Position numbers and translations under genes: made by a program. A stretch of DNA of 64,000 nt, from positions 186,001 to 250,000 of the forward strand of contig NW_026862013.1 in NCBI RefSeq assembly GCF_026571515.1, in the 5' to 3' direction. Source of the DNA: Ruditapes philippinarum (Eukaryota). The notes beneath the pieces are model-generated. The model worked only from the letters and a program-made list of their open reading frames with translations, was not told the origin of the DNA and searched no databases. This document shows, piece after piece, positions 1 to 12,907 of this stretch. Every line of letters begins with the position of its first letter. The first letter of the stretch is position 1.

Positions 1-890
1 GTTCTCTCTTTTGTTATGCTACAGTAAGATGGATATATATATCAAAGTCAGAAAAAAAAGCTAACTAATGTTTTTACCTTAATGGCCTGTATAATTATGT
101 TTCACAGCTTCTCAGCAAACAACCAACTGAGCCAACAATTGAAATCTAAACAAACAAAGCCTTTATTCACAAACCTGAAATAAAAACTTTTCCTAATCCC
201 AATACAATAGTTCTTTTAATTTATTACATACTTCATTGAAACCATTAAGAAATATTGGATAAAGTTAAAATGCCTCCATTTTCATTTCCTGTATTTTTTC
301 CCAATGTAATTATTCATTTTTCATTGCGTATTTTTCACAAAAGTGTCCTCCTAAAATTTAGCCTATAACACAAATAGACTGTAAAGAATTAATAGGGCAA
401 TTCTTTATAATTTCAAGTAATTTTATAGTCGAAACAGTCCTTTTTTAAAAGGCATATATATGGGTAAGTTGAATGTTGGCATGTCCCCAGATAAAAATGA
501 TTGAGACTAACAATAATTATTGTAAAAGTGAGTAATAATTGTCGGAATCATAGCTCAATCGGTAGAGAACATAGCTCGAGGTTACCAGAGATTTCAAAAA
601 AAAAAATTATTAATTTTGTTCTGACATGTCAGGAACAACTTAGACATGTCAGGAACAACTTGAAATTTAAAATGAGTTTTTCGTTTGATTGATTTTTGTT
701 ACCTAATCTTTACTTTTTCATTGAAGTATCTTTACGCTTCTTTTAAAAAATTATGCCCAAATCTCATTTCTTTCTCTTTTTTTTTAAACTTCTTTTTCAT
801 GAATTTTAATATGAATATTTTTCAACAGATTTTAAAATAATCAAAATACAACACTGTTAAGCATATATAACTGTTGTCAGGATTAAGTTT

Positions 891-1079
891 TGTTTCATCA
901 AAAAAAAACTTGAATAGAAAATAGAACAGTTTCCACCTGTAGTTTGGAACCCACTAACTGAATTCACTTTTATATCAATATTATGTTTCATCAAAAAAAA
1001 ACTTGAATAGAAAATAGAACAGTTTCCACCTGTAGTTTGGAACCCACTAACTGAATTTCACTTTTATATCAATATTATG
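891..1079. repeat. Tandem duplication, 2 x ~93 bp
   Basis: tgtttcatcaaaaaaaaacttgaatag...tatcaatatta at 891-983 is repeated at 984-1077 with one extra T. Confidence 0.95.
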
Positions 1080-4000
1080 CAGTCTTACAACTTATTTCAC
1101 TAGTAAGTCAAATGATTTATTATCTCAAACAATGTAATTACATGTAGTATAAGTTTTATGGAAATAATGTGGTTAATCACTTGCAGTTAATCAAGGGCTT
1201 GACAAATCCACTTGTCAGCTCATAAATGATAAATACGAGTAAAAATGACTCTGGACAAGTTAATCTCCCAAAAATGCCCCCGTCCTGCAGGATGTGTGAA
1301 ATTTCTAGCATAAAATTAATCAAATTTCAATTCAATTCTTTTGAAACCATTTTTCAAGTTTTACTAGTAGGACAGAGCACACAATAATTCCCCTGTGTTT
1401 GATGGGCAAAACTGATGTTGATTTGTTGAATGCAACGCTTAATTCTGTCTGATTCAATTTTGTAAAAACTTACTAAAAGCCCGTGCGGCGATTCCAGTAT
1501 GTTCCACAAAATTTTTTTTTAAAAATGTCACAATGCAATATTTGGCAAATGTTTAGCCAGAAAGAAGTAAGTTAAACAGTGTCTTCAAAAAAAGAAAAAT
1601 TGTCTTCAAAAAAGAAAAATGAGTCAGAACATGTAGGAAATTTATATTTTTTAAGCATTGTTGTTGTTGTTGTTTTTCGTTTTTCAATCCCTGATATATT
1701 ATTTGTAGTATTTGTAACTATTATCTATTCTATTTGTAATTGAACAGCATTTTTCCCTTATAAAACTATTTAAATTCCCAATAAAAAAGACAGCAAATTT
1801 TCAAATGTTTTATTTTTTAAGTCCCAAAATTACTGTCAAAAAAATTCCCATCCAAAATTGGCATATATTAAATGGATGATTTCATATTGATAAGTGATAT
1901 GTGATAAAAACCAAGTATAACTACATCTGACAGAGCAATATTTGTACCTAGTTCATTTTATACTTCCGAACATTATTTATGTACATGTACTCATTTTTTT
2001 CACTCCAATAAGAAATCAATATATTATGCATGGTTTAACTTTAAATGTGTATAAATATTATGCATAATTCTCATGTCTCCCTGGATAAAATTCTAAAATT
2101 AACCATGTGGCATGAATACCTGTCAGTTATGTAGTATCAATTTGAGTCAAAACGCATTTTTTCCAAAAAAAATTGTACTGGTAGTGTATAGATGTTACAC
2201 AGAACTAAGCAAATGTCAGGGTTTTTCAATGCTAATCCCCAGTGTAAAATATAATTATAACCTTACTCAAATTTCTTAAAATGAGGGGTGAAGTGTCTGC
2301 AAAAAAAGGGCCTAGGGTGAAGTGTCTGGGGGGTGAAGTGTCTGTAAGCCGAGGTGATGGACAAGGCAAGACATGTCGATTTTTTTTAGCTTATTATGAA
2401 GTTGCAGTACATGAGAGACTGGCACATGATGAATCAGCACATAAATAAAACAATCTAGTGTTCTGTGGTTTCTAAGTGTCATACCTCAGCTCTTTTCCTT
2501 ATTACAATGAAATTTTACATGATTGTTATCCACCGCTGGTTTTGTTTTAAGCAGTGAATGATAGGTACCGTTTCAGCAGATTTCGCAAAGAGAGTACAAA
2601 TATGGATTATGCACCGTGGATCCAGTTCATTCTTTTTTGAGAAAATGTAATAAGACATCATTACTGAACTTGTATATTTTTTTATTTAAAAAAGCTGTAA
2701 GGTAAGCATCAACAATATGTATACGCTAGATGTAAAATAACTCACCTCCAAAAAATATATAAAAAAAAAAATGGGTCAAAAATGTCTGGGTAGGAAATGG
2801 TTTGAGGGAGGACTTTCAAGGGAAGGAACTGCTAAACTTAAAATTTGATAAGGTCAATTCAGTACAAAAAAGCTTTACCCGATAATGGCCGATTGTGAAG
2901 AAAATTTGTAAAAAATACAGCTTTTTGATTGCAACTTAAATATCAACGTTATGAAATATAAACAATGAACATCAGTCATCTTGAATAACGTTGTATTTAA
3001 AGTCATATCCGGTATTAAGTCCTTGTATTTTTTGTAAGCAACCAGAATCGCCAACGATTTGACGACGATTTCGCCACTGATAAATGGATAAATGCAAAAC
3101 AAGCAAAGTTATACAACATTTAGGTAAATGGGAGATAAGGTTTTTGTAATATAAAACTTACAACTCGTTTTAACACGTGGAACTTCCATATAAACTTCTC
3201 AATCACGGATGAACTTGTAAACAATGGCGATTGCGGTAAAATGACGTTAGGGCGAAAATAGTTCGTATTCATACGCATGCATTGTTTTTCTTAAATTTAC
3301 ACTTATGAAGCATTAGGCCCTATAAGCTTTAAAGTTAGCTGATCTGAAATCCGTATTCCATTACTTGCTAAATTTTTGAGTTCTATGACACTTAATTAAC
3401 TTGTGACTACATGTAATTTGTACTATATTTATGCAAGTACTTTGGCTATGATCGACCGCTGGCGTAGTAATATTAAAATCGCGTAAAGCAAAAATATACA
3501 TACAATTTTAAAAGACGATTGCTAAATTTAGTACAAAATTGGCAAGTCAATTTTAAAATAGATAGGGAACTATGATTTTGGAGTTACTGCGAAGTTTTGG
3601 AACTATTTTGCTTAGCGTAGGTAGCTGACTAATTGTGTTCACATCATAGTAAATCTGAATTTGTCGTTATTACATTGGGGGCGCATTGCGCATGCGCCCC
3701 CAAAAACATACAATCATGTGTCCTGTTTTCTGTTTGTGTAATAACTAAGACTTGACTACTTTTAAGTGACACCAAAACTGTTTATAAATATGTCTTACAA
3801 ATATTTCACATGAGATATTATGTATAAGTTTCCACTATGACTAATGAAATCTTAAACCATTCTGGCATAGATAGTTAAGGCAAAACCTAAATAAAAATCA
3901 TTCAAGCATAAAAACTTCCTATCTTCCTACTGTGATTTTTTTTCCAATGTTCATGCAGGACTGGTCTATTTTTTTATAAATTTTTGAGGCTCAGTCAATT

Positions 4001-4116
4001 CTCAAAAGTTAATCACTTAACCACCTATTAAATTCTTTGATGTATCTTTATTTTATCACAAAGTTTAAATCAGACCTGATTTTAATATTTCCTTTCATTT
4101 GCTTACTTCTTTGTTT

Positions 4117-4804
4117 TCATCGTTGTAAACTATTCCTTAAAAATACCATCCCTAACTTTACCTTTTTCTCTGGAGGTTCACCAGCATCATCATCTCCTGC
4201 ATCCATTGCATGTTTCTCTGTAGGCACACCTATTTCTGCACTTTTCTCTTCTATATTTTCTTTTGATTGGTTATCAGAATCCCCAGATGACATACTGTCT
4301 GTTGACATTTCAGATATTTGTTTGGAATCAACTGAGCTTTCATTTTTTGTAATGTCCTGATTTTCTTTTTGTTCTGTGTTTTCAGTCTTATTTTCAGTCG
4401 TATTTTCTGTCTCATTTGACACTGTATTTATTGATACAGAAGATGGAACACTGTCTTTGACAACACAATCTTTCACAACTAATTCATCTTTATCATCATC
4501 TGCAGCTTCTGGTTCAGCTTTAGGCAATCCAGATTCAATATTGTCCTCTAATTTTTCATCAGATTTAAGATTGTTCACTTTATCGTCAGTACACGATATA
4601 GCACTTTCTGCATTTGAATTATTCTTGTTCAAGTTGGTAGGCTCTGGCCAGACAGTCGCTACATTATTTCCTGCCCAGTCAACCAGAGGACCTGGGCCAA
4701 ATGGCTGACCATCTGTGAAGTCATTGAAGTCTGACCGTTGTTGATTAACTCCATTCATGTCCAAACCATTGACCATTGGATGTGATGACTCGGATACAAT
4801 TTTT
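4117..4804 (-). CDS. PPP4R2: PPP4R2 exon 6 (acidic disordered C-terminal region); probably terminal
   Basis: Acceptor ttgcag| at 4805-4806. Its first base completes the AG|A (Arg) codon begun by exon 5, in the frame of ORF 4117..4857 (RKIVSESSHPMVNG...PPEKKVKL). Stop at 4117-4119, minus-strand AATAAA at 4047-4052. An acidic tail is typical of PPP4R2. Internal phase-0 donors at 4162 and 4147 are possible. Confidence 0.85.
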
Positions 4805-4974
4805 CTGCAAAATATTAAAGAAAAAAATATTATATCATAATAGGGACAAGGACACAATTTAACTTTTTCATCTACATGACTTTATTTAAATGTTCTGACC
4901 TATACCTATTGATACACCAAGATCAGTCAGTACATAGTGAGGTAAGGGTCAATGAGATAAATCACAAAAATTAA

Positions 4975-5055
4975 TGTTAAGGGGCAAAATATTAAAAATA
5001 ATTGGTAAGGGGCAAAAGATTCAAAGTAATTGGTAAGGGGCAAAAGATTCAAAGT
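4975..5055. repeat. Short tandem repeat (~28 bp x 3)
   Basis: Repeated taaggggcaaaa(gattcaaagtaattgg) units. Confidence 0.8.
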
Positions 5056-7591
5056 ATTTTGCTAGTTTGTGATTTTGTTCCGCATGGTAAGTGTTCAAGG
5101 ACAAATAGCTCAGTATTTTGGCAAACTGATTTTGATATAAATGTATCAGTCACGGGAATAGTATTTATTATCTATGAATTTTTATGATTTTAAAAGAAGA
5201 CTTTAATCTAACTTTTAAAAGGTTATTTAAATCTATGCCAACTTCTTAATATCATAATTTATGATAATCATAACAAATACAAACGTACACTGTAATTTCT
5301 GAACATTGTTTTCCATTCATTTCAGAAAGATTCTTCCACATAAACTTTACAGTTCATGTATATACAACTTGCTTTTTCCACATTAACTTGATATGTATAG
5401 TAATATGTACATATAAATGTACATACAAAATTGTTTTTCCACAGTTATTGTATAGTTCATGCTTATATACATTATGACATTCTAGTTTGTCAAATTACAT
5501 TGTTGTCCTGTTTACATTGTAAAATGTTTGAGCATTCATGCATACATTTTACATGTAACTATACATATATGTAACTACAAAATATATTTAAAATGTAAGA
5601 TGACACTGAACAAACTGTCTACATGTATATGTTCTACATCGTATGAACCAGGCAAATTCAAATATTTAAACTCTGAGCTTCAGTTCCTATAATAACTTGC
5701 CAATGCCACTAATAATATAACCCGAGGATCCTGCCTATCTTTGCAGTGTGAAACCATACTCATTGCTGCTATAATATCAAAGCTTCATGGTAAAAACCCT
5801 CGTACTTAAAAATCTTATTTTAAAGCAGGAAAAGTCTTTAACCTAACTTGAGCCAGGTAAAAAAATTTAACACAAAAATTATATAGGTGTCATATGGTCG
5901 ATTCTCGAAATCTCTGTGATTTCTTACACATGAATATTGTACGTAAACAGAATAAAATGTTCAGTAACAAAAAAATATATTCTGCTTTTTACAAAGTACG
6001 GTATAATCAATTTAGCAATGCTTTCGTGTAAGCGCAATTCATTTTTTAAGGCAATTTACTAACATATTTATTTTATACTAGCATTCTTGAATTATTTGTT
6101 TTAAAATTCAAACAATAATTTTTGCCATAGATATATAGCTTTTTATACATTTTAAGGTACGATCAATAAGGAAGAGAATATGGGGTATACAAGGAAGTAC
6201 AAAGATAAAGTTTTTCATTGGATGATAACTAAAATTCGGGGTTAACAATTACTTCAATACAGTCTCTATGGAAACCATTTTTTTATGTTTAAAATAAGAG
6301 ATAAATGTATGTAAATGTCAAATGTATGTACATTTTTTCCTGCTAGCCATTCTAACATAAACATGTCTGATCAATTTTATAAAATATTATCTACAGATTT
6401 AATACCAAATATGACCTTAGAAAGAGCAAAATTAGTTTTATAACATTTAAATAATGGTTTTAGTCTAGCATGTTAGACACTTATTACCTGAAGAAAGTAG
6501 CACTGAATGTGAAACTATTTGTCATAAAATAGCAAAATGATGTAAACAAGTTCAGGTAATTGGTCAATTATAACCTTTTTGGAACAATAACTGGACACCG
6601 TAAATAAAAAGCTTTTGAGAAATAAAAACCTTTTTTCATATCAATATTCCTCAAAATAACAATGAACAGTTCAAAAGATGGCAAGTCTTGGTATATATCC
6701 TTATATCATTCTTGTCTTCTGGGATCAATGATTCCAGTACTTTTAAGTGTTGGATCAAGCCAATGCTAGGGGGCATGAGGGAAGTTGCACTGTTTTCTTT
6801 ATCAAACATGCACAGACTCAATGAAACTGAGTGTGCATTTTTTTATGTAATTTTGTTGTGATTAATGCAAGGCTGAATTGGTTGAACAAGTATTTCACTG
6901 TAATCATAACAATTTATTACATGTCACACAACCTTAATGTGGGGTGACAGAGTAAATCTGAATGATGAATCCTTATGTCTAATTTTGAGGTCTTTTCATT
7001 TATCTGTTAACATATCTGAACAATTAAATTCATATTTCAAATAATTTTTAGATTCACATAAGATATTTTAAAGGTACTCCATTATTAATGAAATACATGT
7101 ACCAATATTATACATGGGATATTTATTAACTATAGTAAATTACCTTTAATTGGGTAAATTCAATTATCTGATAACTGTTGAATCAATTTCAGTTACCAGT
7201 TTTCCACTTAAGACCACAGGTGTTTGGCGCATTGATTGGTTACTACCCCCAAAAAATATGTATCTTTTTCCTTTTAAATGAAAGAAATGTTGTCACAATC
7301 ATATAAATATGGTATTAAATTGCATGTTACATGAAAAAACAACACTACAATTTAAATTGTTTGGAAAGGTTGGGGGTTATACAGGTGGTTGGGGAAGTGA
7401 CCAATAAACATGCCAAACACCTGTGGGTGGGACTTCAACATGAACTCATACATATTAATATTGGCAGTTATTTACTGAGTAATTACTATTTGACCTTTAC
7501 TTAGGCATTAACTGAATCTATTATGCAAACAATGCAGACCATGATAAGCTGGCACAACTGTGTTGTCTGATCATTGTCTACACTTCACTAT

Positions 7592-7750
7592 ATCAGGATC
7601 CATGCTGTTCGCTTACAAACCCTATAACAAGTAGAGAAACTGATAGCGAACAGCATGGATCCTGATCAGACTGCGTGGATGTGCAGGCTGGTCTGGATCC
7701 ATGCTTGTCGCAAACCCATTATGTTGGTTTTTGTCGTGACGCGGCTCAAA
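7592..7750. mobile_element. Partial MITE with a perfect 22-bp internal inverted repeat
   Basis: atcaggatccatgctgttcgct (7592-7613) pairs with agcgaacagcatggatcctgat (7645-7666), followed by a related repeat and a ...gcggctcaaa end. It adjoins a gcagacc(a)tgat-type repeat also seen at 27800 and 60010. Confidence 0.7.
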
Positions 7751-8329
7751 TGGTAATTTCATATAATGCATCTGTATAGCTTAATCTGATTGAAAAAGAT
7801 ACAAAGAGAACAACCAAGACTTATTTCAGACATGTGCAGATATTTGGGTTTAATATATTACTTTGGGTTTATGTTACTGTACTCCCTTCCAAAAGCTATC
7901 TGGTTAGCTCCTAAATTGAAAGAATACAACATTGGGAACATTCAAACACACCTACTGATTTATGTCAAGTAACTTCAACAACTTGTTCTGCTTGTGAATC
8001 TCCCTTGTGCATAATTTAAGAGGCAATAAAAGCAAGAGGGAAGTCATTTAACTTCAGTGAAATCATACACTTATCAAAAAGCACCTTCACTTATTGTATA
8101 AAAATTTTTTCCTAAGTTACCAACAAAAGTATTTTTTTCCTCTTTATTTATTCTGAAAATAAATCTTTATGAAGGTTTTGTTATGTCAAGGTCAGATGTG
8201 CTTTAAAGTAAGAGGCAAAAATTTAACTGTGACACTTTTATCTTTTTCTCCATTGCTACCAGGTCAACCACCTTTAAACAATTATACATTAACATTTTGT
8301 ATATTTTAGATAAATACATACTTTATATT

Positions 8330-8460
8330 CATCAGATAAGGGTGTAGGTTTTAAGTTAATGAAACAGGAAAATAAACAAGTGAATGAAAATTGGATAATA
8401 TATATTATACACAAATTATATATATTAAAGGAAGAAGGAAGTTACAACTTGCGCAAAAGT
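8330..8460 (+). promoter_or_regulatory. Candidate promoter of the nested NHL gene (GATA, ETS, C/EBP motifs)
   Basis: AGATAAG 8334-8340, AGGAAGT 8436-8442 and a perfect C/EBP palindrome TTGCGCAA 8449-8456, all within about 250 bp of ATG 8585. Confidence 0.35.
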
Positions 8461-8584
8461 TGGTTCAATGCGTGTAATAGCTGTTAAACAAATACCACGA
8501 CTAAAGTGGAAAAAAATGTGATATATGAAAGAATAAATCATTTTGAGAAGAAAAAAAATTGACGGTAAACTGTTGTGAAATTAA

Positions 8585-10090
8585 ATGACTCAAGCGATTA
8601 AACGAGCCAAGGTTGAGGGTTTATCAGAAGGTGGGAGTGAAGGTCAGACTGCGTTAAATCATCACAAAGCATGCGATAAAGTAGACTGTATTTCTTGCGC
8701 AATAAAATATTCTAGCAATCGTAACATTGAAGACGGTTCTCACTATACAGCACAGTCTGATAATATAAGAATGGAATTAACAGAAGTAAAAGGAAAGTTA
8801 CAAAAAATTTCTAAGGAACTTGACCATGAAAGAAGTGTTTACGAGACCAACAAGGTGATAAATGAAACACAGCTAAGCGGAGCCAAGGAAATGCTTAAAA
8901 AACAACGGGAGGAAATCAAACTTTATTTTGACAAACTTGAGAGTGAAATTGAAACAAAATTTATTACAATTACAGAAAACAATGTCAAAAGACAGAATAT
9001 GGTTGAAAAGTTTCAAAAACAACTTAATGCTTCACTGCAGAAGTCTGATCAGCAAACCTCTGCTACAATGGAGAAAATTGTAGAGGACCTAAAAGATCTA
9101 GAAGACACCCTAGAAAAACTGAAACAGGAAAACAGAGTAGATCATTTCAAGTATGAACCATCCAAACAAATCAAAGAGATGATGCTGGCAATTAAAGAAC
9201 TAGGAACACTTCTACTAGACGGACCTACAGATCATACAGATGGAATTTCTACACAAATTGTTGAAAATCAAAATTCAACAAATGGTGTCCAAACACATAC
9301 AAAACGAGAGACTTCCATTAAAGCAAGAACAAAGACTGATGAAAAGCCTTGCACCATAACAGGGGTCTGTTGCCTATCAGATGGCTTTATTGTGGTTGTT
9401 GACTGCGGTAACAGCCTGATCAAAATGATAGACACATTTAACAACAAGACTGTCTCTTCTGTTGCTGTGGAGAGTGACCCTCATGATATTACCATGGTAA
9501 CAGACAATATCGTTGCTGTCACACTATTCTTTAAACGGAAAATCCAGTTTTTCACTGTCAGCCAGAGAAGGGAGCTTTCTCTTTTAAACTTTTTGGAAAC
9601 AAGCACTCCTTGCTATGGTATCATATACAGTCAAGACAAAATTACTGTCACCCACAAGGACAAACTTGAAGTTATAAACATGAAGGGAGAAAATCTGAAG
9701 AGTTTTACCACAGACTCAGAAGGGAACCAGCTGTTCAGTCATGCTAAGTATCTGACGCAAAGCCCAGATCATGGCACTATCTACGTCTCTGACTACAACA
9801 ACAACACCGTGAAAAGTCTAACAACGGATGGAAAGGTCAAAGCTGTTTATAAGAATGCGGAGCTACAGATGCCGTTTGGTCTGACTGTAGACAAAAGTGG
9901 ACATGTGTATGTCTGCGGATATAACAGCAATAACATACACCGTATAAGCGGAGATCTGTCGAAAGGCCAGGTAATACTGGATGCCAGTAATGGTATAGTT
10001 AACCCACAATGTGTAGATTACAACTCCCAGAAGAATACACTCTATGTGGGCATGTGGTGCAATGATACTATAAGGATTTATCAGCTTTAA
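8585..10090 (+). CDS. Intronless TRIM-like protein: B-box remnant + coiled coil + NHL/six-bladed beta-propeller (501 aa)
   Basis: Uninterrupted ORF. LNHHKACDKV resembles the tail of a B-box; heptad-rich segment about aa 60-205; NHL-type repeats (CTITGVCCLSDGFIVVVD, PHDITMV, TIYVSDYNNNTV, PFGLTVDKSGHVYVCGYNSNNIH, PQCVDYNSQKNTLYVG). AATAAA at 10223-10228. Confidence 0.88.
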   Translation: MTQAIKRAKVEGLSEGGSEGQTALNHHKACDKVDCISCAIKYSSNRNIEDGSHYTAQSDNIRMELTEVKGKLQKISKELDHERSVYETNKVINETQLSGAKEMLKKQREEIKLYFDKLESEIETKFITITENNVKRQNMVEKFQKQLNASLQKSDQQTSATMEKIVEDLKDLEDTLEKLKQENRVDHFKYEPSKQIKEMMLAIKELGTLLLDGPTDHTDGISTQIVENQNSTNGVQTHTKRETSIKARTKTDEKPCTITGVCCLSDGFIVVVDCGNSLIKMIDTFNNKTVSSVAVESDPHDITMVTDNIVAVTLFFKRKIQFFTVSQRRELSLLNFLETSTPCYGIIYSQDKITVTHKDKLEVINMKGENLKSFTTDSEGNQLFSHAKYLTQSPDHGTIYVSDYNNNTVKSLTTDGKVKAVYKNAELQMPFGLTVDKSGHVYVCGYNSNNIHRISGDLSKGQVILDASNGIVNPQCVDYNSQKNTLYVGMWCNDTIRIYQL

Positions 10091-10834
10091 AATTTACCTA
10101 AACCTTGTTTATATAACATACGTGTATCAACAGAGAACAAATTTCATTTAATACGTGTGATAAAATCAAAGAGTGATAGTTTTATGTTTTATAAATCATC
10201 AAAACATTATTGATTTCTTAACAATAAAATGCTGCAAGTCTTTTGGAATCGGAATGACACTAGCCAAAAAAGTTGTTTTTTTTTTGTATTGAAATGCATG
10301 GCTTTAATCATGATAAATATGGTAATTACACCATGTAAACCATTGTATAAAAGTGAATTTTTATTCCATGAAATCTGAAAATGAAATACTTAGGATACTG
10401 ACATGAATTTCTTGCCTAGCTTTCTATCTTTGCCTTTTTACCTTCTTACTGATGCTATTGGTAAATCACATTATCCCTATATTTATATTTAATTCTTTAT
10501 ATATAAGGATAGCACATCATAAAAAATTTCATAAATCAAGCAAATTTAGCTTAAGACACAAACCCTCTCATTGAGATTATTAAAGTTTGTGAAATATAAA
10601 ATATTTTGAACTTTTTGTTTAATTTATTTTTCCATGTATATATGAGGAAACAAAAAGAATTTGAAGTAAGTTTAACTTGTGCCCATATTTCTTAATGCAG
10701 CAACTTTTGAGTTTTTACATACTTAATGTTATAAAAATGTAACTAGTATACATTCTACATGTAATGCTAACCATACTGAATGATTATTATATCTTTAATA
10801 ATTTGCTTCCTGGTAATAAATACACTCCTATTTC

Positions 10835-11115
10835 ATATTGTGTTTATATAACACAGTCATTTTTTTTACAATGTGTTCATATAACACTTCCATTTTAATT
10901 GTATTTATAATTATAACACATTCATATTTTTTTTACAATGTGTTTATATGACACTTTCAATTTAATTGTGTTTATATAACACACTCATTTTTATTACATT
11001 AAATAACACATCCTTTATTGTGTTTATATAACACTTCCACCTTTTTATTATTAGGCATATATAACACTTCCATTTTGTATGGTATTCACATATAACACTT
11101 GTGTGTTTATATAAT
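10835..11115. repeat. Degenerate AT-rich minisatellite (tgtgtttatataacac core)
   Basis: About 8 imperfect copies of tgtgtttatataacac(ttcc/tca). Confidence 0.7.
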
Positions 11116-11738
11116 TTTTTTACATTAATCATTTCCTATCTTTATAAATTGCATTTTTGCTTGAGCTTCCTATGTATCAAAATATATCAATAAAAATATT
11201 TCCAAGAAAATTACATTTCTTGATTTTATATGATAAAACAATGCTACTTAAGGTAAAATTTGGAAATAATAACTAAATATGTGAAAACATATGCTAACAT
11301 CCTTGGGTGGAGCTGGAAAGACCTTTCATTGTCTATGAAAATATTGGATAAATCTGCCTTTTAAAAGAATTAAATTTTGTAAATGATACTGTCCTTCTTT
11401 TTAACCTTGATCACATGTTAACTTTAATGTTATCGGTGAAACTGATAACAAGTTGTTGGCCTGACCTTTAAATGGATGTATACCGTATTTGAACAGTTAA
11501 ATCACTTTCTTAAATTGCGCACTTGGATAACCTCCCTTTTTCAGAATTTCATAGATAGTTCCCGATTTTTACAATATTTACTGGTGGCCAGGGGAAGTAA
11601 AAATTGCTATGTGAAAAACATCTATATATTCACAAATTCACTCCATAAATTAAGGTCTATCTATGATGCCTTATCTATATAGTCAGTATCAATCACACCA
11701 TCAGTACACATAAACAAGGGAAATACTGATATATTAAA

Positions 11739-11890
11739 GCAGTGGCCAGGGAGTTAAGGTGTCTGCCCCTCAAACCAGGAATCAAGAGTTCGGACACAGT
11801 TTGGGCCAGGACCACATTCTTCCTATTTGACACCAGTTCTGATATGACTCCCGACTGGTTAAATAAACCTTAAGCTTTCATTACAGGTAA
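11739..11890 (+). mobile_element. Degenerate tRNA-derived SINE
   Basis: A-box-like gtggccagggagttaagg, B-box-like gagttcggac, then a body ending aataaaccttaagctttc. Confidence 0.5.
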
Positions 11891-12869
11891 GCTAAACTAC
11901 TAATTAAAGGGACACAACTCAAATATAAATGAGCATAAAGTCAGAAGATTTATCTCCCATTACAAAATAAAATTGAATATATTAAGATAATAGAATGTAT
12001 CAAGCACAAGAGAGATCATTGTAAAAATGGACATAAGAATTAATCTGAAAATATTTCAGAACAAAGTAAAATTAGAATATTAAAGTAAATTGGTCTACAA
12101 TGGGCACATTTTTCTATAAAAAAACAATACAAATGTATAATTTGTAAGTTTTTAAAAAATATTATTTAGGAAAAATGTTGAAAAAAATTTTGTATAGGCA
12201 TTTACATGATGAAAAAGCAAAATCTATTCTATCTGCTATGGTATTTAGATAGAAGAGAATTTGATTTTTCATGATGTAAATGTCTGTTATACATATATAT
12301 GTAATATCGTATCTCACACTTACCAGCAACATCCACATATTATTCTTCAACAGTTTGGTGCTATGAATGCTACTTTATACTATCAACCTAACTATTAATG
12401 ATGTTACAGACTTCCTTTACGGCCCAATTTTTTTTAAAAGAAATCAATCTATGTTAAATGGTTTTATTTTTTTAAAATCTTTTGTAAACCCCAAAGAGGT
12501 AAATTTGGAAAACCCATACATTCTGTTAATGAAAATTTTTCCTTAAGTGAACAGCCGAATATCCCAGCGCCCAGTGCAGGAAAAGATCAGTCCCGCAATG
12601 CCTGCTGATCATAGTCTGCACTGTTCGCTATTCAGTCAGTACTTATTTTAAAATTTTCCCTAAAATTGATGAATAGTTAGGGCCAAATTGAAAGATGAAA
12701 GTCCATTTAAGATATTGCGTTAAAGGTTGATTGAATAAACCACAATAGTAACAGGCATGCAGTTCAAAGCAACAGGAACTGGTTTTACTAGTCTGCGATC
12801 TAGTTCTAAAAATAATGATTAAAGTGTATTGAAAGTGGATTTGAAGCTGAATAAACAAAAAATACATAC

Positions 12870-12907
12870 CTGCCATTGGGATCAACCGTGCTTACTACCA
12901 TTACATT
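12870..12907 (-). CDS. PPP4R2: PPP4R2 exon 5 (38 nt, NVMVVSTVDPNG)
   Basis: tttacag|AAT GTA ATG GTA GTA AGC ACG GTT GAT CCC AAT GGC AG|gtatgt; continues the conserved ...FLRGxEKNVMVVS motif; phases match both flanking exons. Confidence 0.95.

Noticed and set aside
548-590. tRNA-like start tagctcaatcggtagag
   Set aside because: Only an A-box fragment; no B box or cloverleaf.
4037-4708. Plus-strand ORFs 4037..4360 and 4376..4708
   Set aside because: Antisense shadows of the PPP4R2 exon.
4805-4857. N-terminus MCPCPYYDIIFFSLIFC of ORF 4117..4857
   Set aside because: Intronic polypyrimidine tract upstream of the true acceptor; the same applies to 40702-40761.
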